A DNA stretch of 64,000 nt from a virus. Taxonomy: Duplodnaviria > Caudoviricetes. Numbering within the stretch: position 1 is the stretch's first letter; every line of letters starts with the position of its first letter. The notes below the pieces were generated by a model that saw only the letters and a list, made by a program, of their open reading frames with translations, did no database searches and was not told the DNA's origin. Positions 38,109-47,910 of this stretch are shown here, piece by piece. Where the stretch lies: IMG/VR virus record IMGVR_UViG_3300027833_000011. One strand, written 5' to 3'. Position numbers and translations under genes: made by a program.

Positions 38109-38178
38109 ACTTCTGTTATGTCATTGTTTTTTTTTAAATAAGGACCTTACCTTTATTATAATATAAGATATTTATTAA

Positions 38179-38238
38179 ATGAATCAACTAAGATTCAAGT
38201 GGTTTCGTACCATAATCTTAAATAGAAAAGGGGGTTAA
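38179..38238 (+). CDS. 19-aa micropeptide MNQLRFKWFRTIILNRKGG
   Basis: TATTTATT box 2 nt upstream of the ATG and its own terminator 10 nt downstream. Confidence 0.4.
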   Translation: MNQLRFKWFRTIILNRKGG

Positions 38239-38248
38239 ATTATCTACC

Positions 38249-38273
38249 AAAAGAGGACAGTCCGTCCTCTTTT
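38249..38273. terminator. bidirectional intrinsic terminator
   Basis: AAAAGAGGAC-AGTCC-GTCCTCTTTT. Confidence 0.85.
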
Positions 38274-38289
38274 GTTTTTGTGATAAACA

Positions 38290-38817
38290 CTACTTTCTAA
38301 GTTTAAGGGTATTATCCAAGAACTTCAAGTCCAAACCAATTTCATTATCGTTTAACCTTTTATTTTTATAAAATACGTCTTCATAGTAATCTAAAGGAAT
38401 ATTTAACTCCTCAGATAATTTGTTCATCATATCAACTCTATCGATTACTTTACGGTGTAATTCTTTTTCAGTGACATCAATCTGTTCATTAAACTCATAT
38501 TCAGATAAATGATAATTAGTATCTTTTTTAAACCCATCATCTCTCCACGTCTTAGAGACCCAATAAAGAGATTCAGACATCGCAACGATATCTCTACGAC
38601 TAAGTAAGATTATTTTATCAAAATATTTAGAAAGTTTAATATATTCAGTTAAGGTGTTATGATTAATTAGAGTCTTTACCACCACATCACCATTCAAAGG
38701 GATATCTTTTTGTGTGTTGAAGGGTTCAAATAATGAGGTGATGTTATAATATGAAGATATTGATTTCATTAAATTTGTTGAACCACACCTTGAATTACAT
38801 ATTATTAAGACCCTCAT
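38290..38817 (-). CDS. sulfotransferase-like P-loop protein
   Basis: SRCGSTNL, FEPFN, ILLSRRD, YYED. Confidence 0.7.
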   Translation of the reverse strand: MRVLIICNSRCGSTNLMKSISSYYNITSLFEPFNTQKDIPLNGDVVVKTLINHNTLTEYIKLSKYFDKIILLSRRDIVAMSESLYWVSKTWRDDGFKKDTNYHLSEYEFNEQIDVTEKELHRKVIDRVDMMNKLSEELNIPLDYYEDVFYKNKRLNDNEIGLDLKFLDNTLKLRK

Positions 38818-39280
38818 ATTTTTTTAATATTTTACTAAATTTATCGTAAGCCCACATATCATTAGGTATTGAATTTCTAACCCAGTTTTCTAATAAAATT
38901 ATTTTACACTTAAGGGCACGGTGTTTAATAGATATATTATCATAGACTGTTTCATCCATTTCACCACACAAAGTAGAGTCACCCGTATCCACTAAGAAGT
39001 CAACGGTTACCCCGTTAATCACTATTGTGTACTTATCCCTAAATTCGAAGTTACATAAACGACTATAGTATGAAGGTTTACGTTCAGGTAAATCAAAATG
39101 ATTTTTTATTTTTTCAAAGGTTTCGTTATCATCAATAATAAAATCAATATCTCCAATAGGTTTATCCGCATTTCCGAGTAATAAATAATCTTCTAAACTG
39201 CCACCAACACTAATTTCATTATCTGTGATTTTATTTAAATCGATTATGATTTGTTTGTGATTATTAGATAATATTTCCAT
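38795..39280 (-). CDS. pol-beta-family nucleotidyltransferase
   Basis: VGGSL...IGDIDFII...VDFL. Confidence 0.7.
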   Translation of the reverse strand: MEILSNNHKQIIIDLNKITDNEISVGGSLEDYLLLGNADKPIGDIDFIIDDNETFEKIKNHFDLPERKPSYYSRLCNFEFRDKYTIVINGVTVDFLVDTGDSTLCGEMDETVYDNISIKHRALKCKIILLENWVRNSIPNDMWAYDKFSKILKKYEGLNNM

Positions 39281-40031
39281 TGTCTTTGTAAGTTTTAAAT
39301 TCTCTACTTTCTAAATATGACTTAGCAAACTGATAAAACATATCCAAATGTTTACGTCCACCGTACATATGTAAATATTGGTTTTCATCATATAACGGAG
39401 TTGATTTCCAATTATAATATTCAGACAAACAAGATAAACTATGTTCCCCTAATGTCATACTTGGTATTATAGCTTCGACTTTTTCATGAGGAAACACATT
39501 GTAAAACCAATCTTTCATCTTAAAATATCTATCTAAGTAGATGTTTTTTATTTCATCGGTTCTAAAACCCATAATACCAATATTAAACGCCCCCAAATAT
39601 TTGTTGCTCCATTCAGGAAATACTTCACCAATACCATAATCTGTAAAGTTTTTTAAATTTTCTTTGTAATAGTATTCGTGTAGAGTGATTTCAGTATGGT
39701 CATAATACACATCAGAATCGTTTAATGTAAAAGGTTTAGTAATAAACAAATCCCCATCAACGTGTAAGAACTCACCCGTTTCATTACTAATCGCCTCAAA
39801 CTTTGGTTCACTCCATATGTAATTCTCAGGGTCTTTTTTTAACATTTTCACCTCATCGACTAAATGACCTAATCGTTCTGCCCCGTATTCATCGGTATAT
39901 AACGTCACCGGATAAAATTGTCGACACAATCTAATAGATAATTCATAGAACAAAAAGTTATGTTCTAAATTAACACCTTTAAAGTAGTCATCATCATCAA
40001 TGCTTGTATTAAAACTATATATTATTCTCAT
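39264..40031 (-). CDS. putative glycosyltransferase-like protein
   Basis: LYTD, WSEPK, FLHVDGDLF, FNIGIMGF, YLHMYG. Confidence 0.6.
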   Translation of the reverse strand: MRIIYSFNTSIDDDDYFKGVNLEHNFLFYELSIRLCRQFYPVTLYTDEYGAERLGHLVDEVKMLKKDPENYIWSEPKFEAISNETGEFLHVDGDLFITKPFTLNDSDVYYDHTEITLHEYYYKENLKNFTDYGIGEVFPEWSNKYLGAFNIGIMGFRTDEIKNIYLDRYFKMKDWFYNVFPHEKVEAIIPSMTLGEHSLSCLSEYYNWKSTPLYDENQYLHMYGGRKHLDMFYQFAKSYLESREFKTYKDNGNII

Positions 40032-40078
40032 AATTTAATAATACAAAACCCATCCATAAAGTATAGACGTTCTATAAT

Positions 40079-40110
40079 AAAAAAACCACCCCGATTAAGG
40101 AGTGGTTTAT
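40079..40110 (-). terminator. terminator downstream of the tmRNA
   Basis: Minus strand AAACCACTCC-TTAATC-GGGGTGGTTT plus U-tract. Confidence 0.8.
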
Positions 40111-40114
40111 CTAA

Positions 40115-40531
40115 TGGTGGAGGTGCCGGGTTTCGAACCCGGGTCTTGTTCAGTCCACCTATAAAGGACTACACGTTTAGAACAGTATTTTCTAATACTT
40201 CGAAATTTGTTGGTTATTATTCATCATTGCAACCAACACCCAATGAACGATTCAATTTTGGGTTTAATCGTACTCTACCACACTGCGGACTTCTGTTGCT
40301 AGGTTATGTGTCCTGACCGACCCCATGTAACCGACTCTTAGAGTGGGTTACTGTTAACACGTAGTCTAACTATGCGTTAACGATAGCTTCGTCAGCTACT
40401 AAGCCGAACATTGCCATCTCGTTGTAAACGTTGCCGTCTAAAAAAATTGTCACCGTAGATTAAAGTGATAGGAAACATCTCACTACGTGCCCCGTATAAC
40501 TGACCCTGCCAATCAATTCCAAGTCACCCCC
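40115..40531 (-). ncRNA. ssrA: tmRNA
   Basis: 5' GGGGGTGACTTGGAATTGA; 3' GACCCGGGTTCGAAACCCGGCACCTCCACCA; G3.U70 alanine identity pair; tag ORF 40435-40370 GNVYNEMAMFGLVADEAIVNA*. Confidence 0.92.
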
Positions 40532-40536
40532 ATTAA

Positions 40537-40794
40537 TTAAACTATCTCCGGGTCTTTATAATAATCTTCTTTCAACAAAGACCATATATGACCCATAATT
40601 CTTTCTATTGTTTTAATTTTGTCGTGGTCTCCTAAGAAAAGAGCATTTTCACGAGATTCGGCTAAAACAAAGTATTCTTTTTTTAAGGATTCAAAAAACA
40701 TATTTTCCATTATACTAATTCTTCTACTATTCCAATAATTTCTGAAATAACTAACACTATAGTCGCAGAAATTAAATCGAACGGGATTAAACAA
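40537..40794 (-). CDS. hypothetical protein (start uncertain)
   Basis: ORF overlapping the upstream gene. Confidence 0.5.
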   Translation of the reverse strand: MFNPVRFNFCDYSVSYFRNYWNSRRISIMENMFFESLKKEYFVLAESRENALFLGDHDKIKTIERIMGHIWSLLKEDYYKDPEIV

Positions 40795-40895
40795 TAACCA
40801 AATATACGAATTCCTGATTTAATAAACGATATGATTTGATGCCATTTTTGATTTGGCATTTTCTCAATATTCTTCTCTTTAGGTTTTATCAACAT
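40710..40895 (-). CDS. small membrane protein
   Basis: WHQIISFIKSGIRIFG...EIIGIVEELV. Confidence 0.7.
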   Translation of the reverse strand: MLIKPKEKNIEKMPNQKWHQIISFIKSGIRIFGYCLIPFDLISATIVLVISEIIGIVEELV

Positions 40896-40896
40896 A

Positions 40897-41418
40897 TTAG
40901 TAATCTTTAATTATTTCCATATTATTACACCACTCCCCAATATTTTTTTGATTCATTAGTAATTCTTCAGGGTATAAGTATCCCCACAAACTACCATCCG
41001 TATTAATTAAAAACTTTTGAAAGTTCCATGTCACTTCACAATTAACCCCTTCTTGTGTTAAGTTGTTATTATATTGTAAGAAATTATATAGTTCACTGTC
41101 TTTAACCGATATTTTACCCATTAACTTAACGGTCGGATATAAATCCAACACTCCATACTTATCACAGAACTTAGCGATTTCTTCTTCACTCTTAGGTTCT
41201 TGACCTCCAAAATCATTCGAAGGATATAGGTATATTGAAACCTTGTCTTTCATCTTGGTTGCAAACTCAAAAATATCTTTATAATTACTATCGGTATAGC
41301 CACACTCTGATGCGACATTTATTACTATTGATTTCATACCTCTGAATCGAACATACGATGGGTCTATTACTCTACCATCGTAGGTTTCTTGTATAAATTG
41401 ATTAAAACTATTTTTCAT
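40897..41418 (-). CDS. glutathione peroxidase (Cys-type)
   Basis: NVASECGYT, PSNDFGGQEP, WNFQKFLI; start reassigned to 41418. Confidence 0.92.
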   Translation of the reverse strand: MKNSFNQFIQETYDGRVIDPSYVRFRGMKSIVINVASECGYTDSNYKDIFEFATKMKDKVSIYLYPSNDFGGQEPKSEEEIAKFCDKYGVLDLYPTVKLMGKISVKDSELYNFLQYNNNLTQEGVNCEVTWNFQKFLINTDGSLWGYLYPEELLMNQKNIGEWCNNMEIIKDY

Positions 41419-41423
41419 AATTA

Positions 41424-41840
41424 TTATATTACCACTTTGTTTATGTGTAGATGTTTTACTCCGTAACACGCCGCTTTGAATACACTATCTCTTGAGAGTT
41501 CTTTCTTTGAAGTATTTGAAAAATCAACCAATAAACGATTTAATTCTCCTTTAGTCACACGTGATTTAAACGATTCGATACTCTGTTTAGAGGTTTCAAA
41601 CTGTGTTAAGTCCATAGTACCACGTGCGATATTAGTCATTTTCAAATCCAAAGATACTAATCTACTATTAAAAAAATACACATTATCAATTAAAAACTCA
41701 ACACTATATGTTCTCCAATAATCACGTCCTTGAAGTTCAACTTCATAAACACGGGTCTTACCCTTAGTTAGTGTAGAGATGATTTTTCCTTTATTAAGGG
41801 ATTTTTGGTTTTGTTCTTGAGATTTTTCGTGTACGGTCAT
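41424..41840 (-). CDS. hypothetical protein
   Basis: 138-aa ORF with a canonical promoter upstream. Confidence 0.7.
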   Translation of the reverse strand: MTVHEKSQEQNQKSLNKGKIISTLTKGKTRVYEVELQGRDYWRTYSVEFLIDNVYFFNSRLVSLDLKMTNIARGTMDLTQFETSKQSIESFKSRVTKGELNRLLVDFSNTSKKELSRDSVFKAACYGVKHLHINKVVI

Positions 41841-41863
41841 AATAGTTATCTTTTAATGTTCAA

Positions 41864-41894
41864 CAAAGATAAGAATTAAGTTTGTATTACCAAA
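41864..41894 (-). promoter_or_regulatory. Bacteroidota housekeeping-sigma promoter
   Basis: Minus strand TTTG-N19-TATCTTTG. Confidence 0.8.
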
Positions 41895-41905
41895 ACATTT
41901 TTGAG

Positions 41906-42187
41906 TTATTTTCTGATTATTGGCTCATAAAGTTTCAAAATGTTGTTTAATTTTTTACATTCTTCATACTTTTCATAATATTCCAATCTCTCTAGTGTTA
42001 CGTTACCATAATATATTAGGGCTTCCATATTATTATCAAATCCGTCTACCGTTGAAAAGGTAATTGTGGATTCCCACTCTCTATATGTCATTTGTTTATA
42101 GAGTTCGTAACTCTTTAAGGTGTCTGATAAGGTAGACTTATTTGTCATACCAGTATTTGTCATCACCACATAATCTTCATAGTACAT
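41906..42187 (-). CDS. small protein with a UVR-like ExYExC motif
   Basis: LEYYEKYEECKKL. Confidence 0.6.
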   Translation of the reverse strand: MYYEDYVVMTNTGMTNKSTLSDTLKSYELYKQMTYREWESTITFSTVDGFDNNMEALIYYGNVTLERLEYYEKYEECKKLNNILKLYEPIIRK

Positions 42188-42240
42188 AATCGTTTACATA
42201 TTCTTATATATATCTTATCATTAGTTATAATCTATAGAAA

Positions 42241-42825
42241 ATGAGTAAAAATTATTTTGACCATAAGGAAACGATAGAGCGGTTTAGTAAAATAATCGTT
42301 ACAGGCCCTCATGGGTCAGGTAACAAAATAACTGCGTATATTATAGATTCTGATTATGATAACTTAAATCATGAGAGATGGGAAGAAACCGTTTATGATG
42401 ATGAAACCTTTAAAGATAAACTTAACTCTTCAGATAATTATGTGTCTTTTTGTCCTTCATGTTCAGGTCTACTTCACAGAACGATTGACGAACTAAAAGA
42501 TGTGTTAGTTATTTTTATGTACAAAGACATAGGAGAGATTAGGGATTATCGAGAACGTAACAACATAATACAATCAATTAATAATTATGAATATCCTGTC
42601 TATGAAAATATTATCAATAACGAAGGGTCTCACTTAAACCTAAACATTGAAAATGACGGATTAGAAGAAGTTACTTACACTCTATGGGAAAAATATCAAA
42701 AAAATTTAATCCCTAATTATATTGAAATTGAACATTCTTCATTATCCAAACATTGGAAGTGGATACCTAAAAATAAAAGAACCGACTTTAAAGAGTGGCA
42801 AACAGAAATTGGGGAGAAACCATAA
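42241..42825 (+). CDS. P-loop (sulfotransferase- or kinase-like) protein
   Basis: IIVTGPHGSG, VIFMYKD. Confidence 0.55.
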   Translation: MSKNYFDHKETIERFSKIIVTGPHGSGNKITAYIIDSDYDNLNHERWEETVYDDETFKDKLNSSDNYVSFCPSCSGLLHRTIDELKDVLVIFMYKDIGEIRDYRERNNIIQSINNYEYPVYENIINNEGSHLNLNIENDGLEEVTYTLWEKYQKNLIPNYIEIEHSSLSKHWKWIPKNKRTDFKEWQTEIGEKP

Positions 42826-42858
42826 CTTAATGGTATTTATATATAAACAAAAACAGAT

Positions 42859-43302
42859 ATGAAAAATTTTAACTTAATTCAAGAAGAGATTGAAAGAATA
42901 CAAGGTCTTCATGAATCAGCAACTAAAAAATTAGACTTTTCAAGATTTGAGTTTACGATAAACGAATCTGAGGAAAAACTAAACGTATTAAACGAACTAA
43001 TGGAAAAATGTGGTTCGATGATGTACGAAATCGCATGTGCTAACGAAGGGACATGTATGGAGTCATACGGTAAAATGTGTGAATCATTAAACGAAATGGC
43101 AGAATCATACGGTGAAAAATGTAAAGAGACTTCACTTAAAGAAGGGTGGATGACTGAAGAAGAGTTGAATGAAAATCCAGCATTAATGTCTTTAGGTAGA
43201 GCAGCAGCTGCAGGAGCAGGTTCAGCCATGGTTAACAAAATTATGGATGAAACTGAAGAGGCATTAGAAGAGTCTTCAGAAGAAGATTCAACTGAAGAAT
43301 AA
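42859..43302 (+). CDS. acidic, Met/Cys/Glu-rich probable virion-cargo protein
   Basis: LIQEEIERIQGLHES tag; repeated LxE sites. Confidence 0.65.
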   Translation: MKNFNLIQEEIERIQGLHESATKKLDFSRFEFTINESEEKLNVLNELMEKCGSMMYEIACANEGTCMESYGKMCESLNEMAESYGEKCKETSLKEGWMTEEELNENPALMSLGRAAAAGAGSAMVNKIMDETEEALEESSEEDSTEE

Positions 43303-43323
43303 TAATTTTTAAAATTAATATAA

Positions 43324-43551
43324 ATGTATACAATTATAACAAAAATAGGCTCAAGCGAAATCGACTTAGCATGGTTATCAGAAAACTCACAATTAAGTGA
43401 CGGAGCTTTAGTTTGTCAACACGAAGATACTGTCGTAACTTTTGATGAATTTAATAGCGTAACACACTCAATATCAGAAGTGGCTTCATTACCTGAGAAT
43501 TTCTCTCCAGAAACACATCAATTAGTTAACGGAGAAATTGTCTTAGTATAG
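43324..43551 (+). CDS. hypothetical protein
   Basis: 75-aa ORF. Confidence 0.6.
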   Translation: MYTIITKIGSSEIDLAWLSENSQLSDGALVCQHEDTVVTFDEFNSVTHSISEVASLPENFSPETHQLVNGEIVLV

Positions 43552-43985
43552 TGAGTAGATATTGTATAACCATTCCTGAATTAAATGATGATTGTTGGGA
43601 AGTTATTCCAACATATGTTAACGGTAAAGAGTTATGCGATTTACAAAACAAAACACCTAAACCGTCTAAATTCATATATGACGGAAAGACATATAACTTT
43701 TCAGAACACATAATAAGAGAGTTAACAGAAACGGAATTAAAGGATTTAACCCATTTACCTAAACAAGAACAAACCGTCAATAGACAAAAGGAAGAATATC
43801 AAAAATGGTTATTTTTGAATGATGAGTCTGAAAGGTTAGGTATCTCAAGTTTTAAAGTTGGTGAAACGAAATATAATACAATTAATAGAGAGGAATTTAA
43901 ATTAGTTGTTGAAGAAGGAAAAAAACAAGGTAAGTTTAATATTGAATATCGAGAAATGATTTTTAGTGTGTATCACTATTGTTAA
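43551..43985 (+). CDS. hypothetical protein
   Basis: 144-aa ORF with a GTG start overlapping the upstream stop. Confidence 0.55.
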   Translation: MSRYCITIPELNDDCWEVIPTYVNGKELCDLQNKTPKPSKFIYDGKTYNFSEHIIRELTETELKDLTHLPKQEQTVNRQKEEYQKWLFLNDESERLGISSFKVGETKYNTINREEFKLVVEEGKKQGKFNIEYREMIFSVYHYC

Positions 43986-44199
43986 TACATTTTTCATCAC
44001 TACAGGTTAAAAGGGGTTCAGACCCCTTTTTTCTTGCGCAAACAACACATATATCACTAACGGGTTCTTCTTCGTCTAAGACACTTAATGGGTCTGTAAT
44101 ATCAACATCTAAGGCGTTAGGGAATCTTTCTGCTATACGAATTACTAAGATAACTAAACAGGTTACAAACGATATGTAAAGTATTATGTTTAAAACCAT
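43963..44199 (-). CDS. membrane-anchored small protein with a C-terminal CxxC...CxxxxC
   Basis: TM helix plus CVVC...CSDEKC. Confidence 0.6.
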   Translation of the reverse strand: MVLNIILYISFVTCLVILVIRIAERFPNALDVDITDPLSVLDEEEPVSDICVVCARKKGSEPLLTCSDEKCINNSDTH

Positions 44200-44831
44200 T
44201 ACCTAAGGGGTGGACCACTAATCCATAATACTAAAGAACGACGAATTCCTGTTTTTACTTTATTTACTCGATGTAACATAAAAGAAGGGAATATCGTTGA
44301 TAATCCTTTTTCTTTGGGGGTGATTAAATCTATAGGGCCTGTTTTCATTTCTAAGTAACCTCCTTCATATTCGTCCTTATCAGAGAGTTGTACCGTAATT
44401 GATATTTTACGATAGTCTACTTCATCTCCGATGTCTAAATGCCAATCATAATGACCGTCTTTAGTTCCATAATATTCGGTATATTGTATTTCCTCTATAA
44501 TACTATTTACGTCAAACCCCCATAACTCATTATTAGCTTCTAATGCCATATTGATTAGTCGTTCGTAAATATATTTGGTCTCTTCGTTCATTGGAACCCA
44601 CCTAACAATAGAACTTCTAATACCTTCATTTATAACTTCTGATTCCATATCACTACCAATTTCGGCGTTTACCGTTGGTAGTGTTGAGCAGTAATCAATA
44701 ATGTGTTGGATTTCAGAATCATCAAATGAGTTAGAAAAACTATACACCTGATTAAACTCTTTCGTTCTAAAAGTGTGTGATGATAAAATTTCATTTAATT
44801 CGTTTTTGGTGGTTGGGTTTTCTCCTATCAT
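44199..44831 (-). CDS. PKHD-type 2OG-Fe(II) oxygenase
   Basis: YDWHLD, RKISITVQLS, YEGG, FPSFMLHRV, RRSLVLW. Confidence 0.92.
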   Translation of the reverse strand: MIGENPTTKNELNEILSSHTFRTKEFNQVYSFSNSFDDSEIQHIIDYCSTLPTVNAEIGSDMESEVINEGIRSSIVRWVPMNEETKYIYERLINMALEANNELWGFDVNSIIEEIQYTEYYGTKDGHYDWHLDIGDEVDYRKISITVQLSDKDEYEGGYLEMKTGPIDLITPKEKGLSTIFPSFMLHRVNKVKTGIRRSLVLWISGPPLR

Positions 44832-46516
44832 TCTATGTGGTGTATTTTATTATCTATTATTAAAGTTTTAATACCTAAATCATTCGATATTTCAAATAAA
44901 GTCTTAAAGTAATTAATATGTTTATTATTAACACTAGTAAAGTCATAATGACCCAAATATTCTCTATCTGTTTCTTTTAATAAATTATATAAAAACGGTG
45001 TGATAATTTCGTTTACTACAAACAAATTAACATAACCATCATCATGAATAAACTCTTTAAATAAGTGCGGTTTTTTAGGTTTTGATAACGTGTTGTTATC
45101 ATAGGTATATTTAACGTTGGTAAAATGTTTTTCATAATAATCTTCTTTTATTATTACAACAGGTTTCTCAAACGGTTTTTTAATTAATAATGATTTCTTA
45201 TTTATATATTCTTTTGAGTCCACATCAAATACTATTCCGGTATACCCATAACTTTTTTCGGTACACTCTGGATTGTTAGTCTTATAACCAATTAACTCAG
45301 TACTTAATTTAAGAGATAAGTCAGGATAATTAATTTTATAACCTAAATTTTTATATGAATCGTAATACGGTGAAGTTGAGAGTATAAAGTCTCTGTTATA
45401 TACTCTTCTAGTTCCTTCAATCATATTCACATATAGTGCACCACCTAATGACGTTACTTCTTCACTATTAAACGGTGAGATATGAATGTTTAAATATGGA
45501 AATGTCTCTAATATTTTGGTATTAAGTCTTCGATTTTCAAAGACACTTCCACTTAGGGTTAAGTTATGAGTAAAATTACCCGAATAGTTATTAACACTAT
45601 CCTCTATTAATTTAATTACGGTATTCTCAACAACTCGTTGAGTTATTGCTGCAGTTTTAAGTGCGTATTTACTATTAATGTCATCTATATTAAATGAAGA
45701 AAAGGGTATTTGTTTGTGTCTTTTTTCGTCTTGTCTATATTGAGATGTACTGTGTTGAAAGAAAAAATTTAGTTCGTAATTGTCTTTTATTTTACTAATT
45801 GGGTTGTTAACCCCTTCATCAATAATATCTTTTAAATTATCGGGTATGTTATATCTGGTGGACATATCACACAATGTACTTCTATTTATATATCCCAAAC
45901 CAAAACCTAACAATTCAGTTATTTTAGGATAAAGTTTACCTACAGATATCATCGGTCTATTAACTATAGAAATATCATTACCCTTACTCACTGAAACAAC
46001 AGACCCATCTACAGGTGTCTCATCAAAACTACTAACGGTTATGTTAATTGAATTTGTGAAGTTAGATGTTAGGTACCCATAAGCGTTATAAGATAAATCA
46101 GGAGAAACCACATACGACCTAATAACAAAGTCTTTATAAACGAAGTGTCCTTTAATATAGTCATAAGGTTTTTTAGTGAATGGTGGGTTTAACGACCCTA
46201 AGTCAGTCGCTTGTTTTGACTCTAGTCTAAAATCTTGTTTAGTGTAGTGAGGACTGATTCCGTATTCACTATCGGGAACAAAAGCAACCCTATCGAAATC
46301 GAAATCGGATTCTTTGTATCCAACAAGTACAACCCAATCAATATCGTCTAACGTAACATCGGTGCCCGTAATAAAAGATGAAAGACTCTCATTCTTTATT
46401 ATATTTCGGTCATTTCCATAATTAATTTTATGGAATGAAGTGTGTTTTATAATCTTACCATCAATGAGAAGAGAAAAACTCCCATTAAATCCAAAATTTA
46501 TTGATAATATTTTCAT
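44828..46516 (-). CDS. degenerate NodU/CmcH-type carbamoyltransferase
   Basis: MKILSINFGFNGS, AAITQRVVE, LTLSGSVFEN, LGGAL; the HHxxH motif is absent. Confidence 0.65.
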   Translation of the reverse strand: MKILSINFGFNGSFSLLIDGKIIKHTSFHKINYGNDRNIIKNESLSSFITGTDVTLDDIDWVVLVGYKESDFDFDRVAFVPDSEYGISPHYTKQDFRLESKQATDLGSLNPPFTKKPYDYIKGHFVYKDFVIRSYVVSPDLSYNAYGYLTSNFTNSINITVSSFDETPVDGSVVSVSKGNDISIVNRPMISVGKLYPKITELLGFGLGYINRSTLCDMSTRYNIPDNLKDIIDEGVNNPISKIKDNYELNFFFQHSTSQYRQDEKRHKQIPFSSFNIDDINSKYALKTAAITQRVVENTVIKLIEDSVNNYSGNFTHNLTLSGSVFENRRLNTKILETFPYLNIHISPFNSEEVTSLGGALYVNMIEGTRRVYNRDFILSTSPYYDSYKNLGYKINYPDLSLKLSTELIGYKTNNPECTEKSYGYTGIVFDVDSKEYINKKSLLIKKPFEKPVVIIKEDYYEKHFTNVKYTYDNNTLSKPKKPHLFKEFIHDDGYVNLFVVNEIITPFLYNLLKETDREYLGHYDFTSVNNKHINYFKTLFEISNDLGIKTLIIDNKIHHIE

Positions 46517-46725
46517 ATTTAACCTGAGATTCGTTTTTTTTTCACTATTTATAAAATGTAGGTCTCTACTACATAAAAACCAACATTTATTAACCTTTTA
46601 CCAATGCCCGATAAATCAAATAATGTATTTAAGGGGACTATTGATAGTAATGAAATTATCATTACAACTATCGACGGTTTCGAAAATTACTACACCCACG
46701 AAGACGAAGATACATTTTTATTTAT

Positions 46726-46950
46726 TTAAAGGTTCTTATGTAATGAATTATAGTAATAATCTTTAGATTGTAAAAACCAATCCCATAATTCATCTTTAAA
46801 GTTTTTTCTAAATTCATCCATTTCATCAGTTAATAGTGAACCAACACATATTAGACTACACGTCTTATGATGGGCGAAACTACCTATTTCTCCGTAATGC
46901 CCGTTCTTAAGTTTACTGTAAGTGTTTAGTACTTCAAATTCTGTTATCAT
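46726..46950 (-). CDS. hypothetical protein
   Basis: 74-aa ORF. Confidence 0.6.
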   Translation of the reverse strand: MITEFEVLNTYSKLKNGHYGEIGSFAHHKTCSLICVGSLLTDEMDEFRKNFKDELWDWFLQSKDYYYNSLHKNL

Positions 46951-46954
46951 ATCT

Positions 46955-47104
46955 CTATTTAATTATTTTGTAAAAAAAGTAATCTGTGGCGTAATGAGAC
47001 ATAACGATTTCTCCATTTAGAAGTTTCTTTTTCTCGTCCACAGTAAGTTCTGTTGTTGTTTTTCTTTTCAGGTATCTAACCCCATCAATCATTGTTCGTG
47101 TCAT
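46955..47104 (-). CDS. 49-aa hypothetical protein
   Basis: MTRTMIDGVRYLKRK..., translated by hand. Confidence 0.5.
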   Translation of the reverse strand: MTRTMIDGVRYLKRKTTTELTVDEKKKLLNGEIVMSHYATDYFFYKIIK

Positions 47105-47155
47105 ATTTTATATTATTTAACGTGGTAAATATACAAAATAAATTAAAGATAACGA

Positions 47156-47183
47156 TAAAAAAAGGGACTCATTTCTGAATCCC
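47156..47183 (-). terminator. terminator after tRNA-Glu
   Basis: Minus strand GGGATTC-AGAAAT-GAGTCCC-TTTTTTT. Confidence 0.8.
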
Positions 47184-47204
47184 GATTTCCTCTCTTCCAT
47201 TAAG

Positions 47205-47276
47205 TAGCCCGTAGGGGAATCGAACCCCTCTTACCAGGATGAAAACCTGGCGTCCTAGCCGATAGACGAACGGGCC
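47205..47276 (-). tRNA. tRNA-Glu(TTC)
   Basis: Cloverleaf; CCAGG-TT TTC AT-CCTGG; GGTTCGATTCC; CCA not encoded. Confidence 0.95.
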
Positions 47277-47286
47277 ATAATACTAA

Positions 47287-47733
47287 TTATATCACCACTT
47301 TTAGTCCTACGTTAAGATAGTTTAAACCTCTCCTTATTTGTAAAACTCTACTTGTTAACCAAACTCGTTTGTAGATATAAACATCACCACCATACTGTCC
47401 TAACAATAAACCACTATCGTTGTTTATACGATATAATGGACCTACAGATAATTTAACTTTCCTGATTGGTCTGTATTGATAACTAACAAAACCATACACC
47501 GTACCATTATGCCCTTTACTCATCATATGTAATCCTACAGAGTAGTCATACCAATCTATTGATGTTGCGACACCGTATGCGTGAAAACAACTAATTAATG
47601 AAACAGTTGCGAACACATCCTGATTCACGTCCCAATTTTTAACTTTATAATATGGTGAACAATTCTGTGACCATACCATACTACTTAAAAATAATGTCAA
47701 TAATAATAATCTCCTCTTCATCTTCATCTTCAT
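47287..47733 (-). CDS. signal-peptide protein, beta-barrel-like
   Basis: Signal peptide; alternating hydrophobic strands; ends [10 protein letters not shown]. Confidence 0.6.
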   Translation of the reverse strand: MKMKMKRRLLLLTLFLSSMVWSQNCSPYYKVKNWDVNQDVFATVSLISCFHAYGVATSIDWYDYSVGLHMMSKGHNGTVYGFVSYQYRPIRKVKLSVGPLYRINNDSGLLLGQYGGDVYIYKRVWLTSRVLQIRRGLNYLNVGLKVVI

Positions 47734-47743
47734 CTTCTTTTAG

Positions 47744-47817
47744 CGGTCTGGACGAGATTCGAACTCGCGACCCCATGCGTGACAGGCATGTATTCTAACC
47801 AACTGAACTACCAGACC
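47744..47817 (-). tRNA. tRNA-Asp(GTC)
   Basis: CATGC-CT GTC AC-GCATG; GGTCTGG/CCAGACC acceptor stem. Confidence 0.95.
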
Positions 47818-47820
47818 GTT

Positions 47821-47906
<86 letters not shown>

Positions 47907-47910
47907 TATT

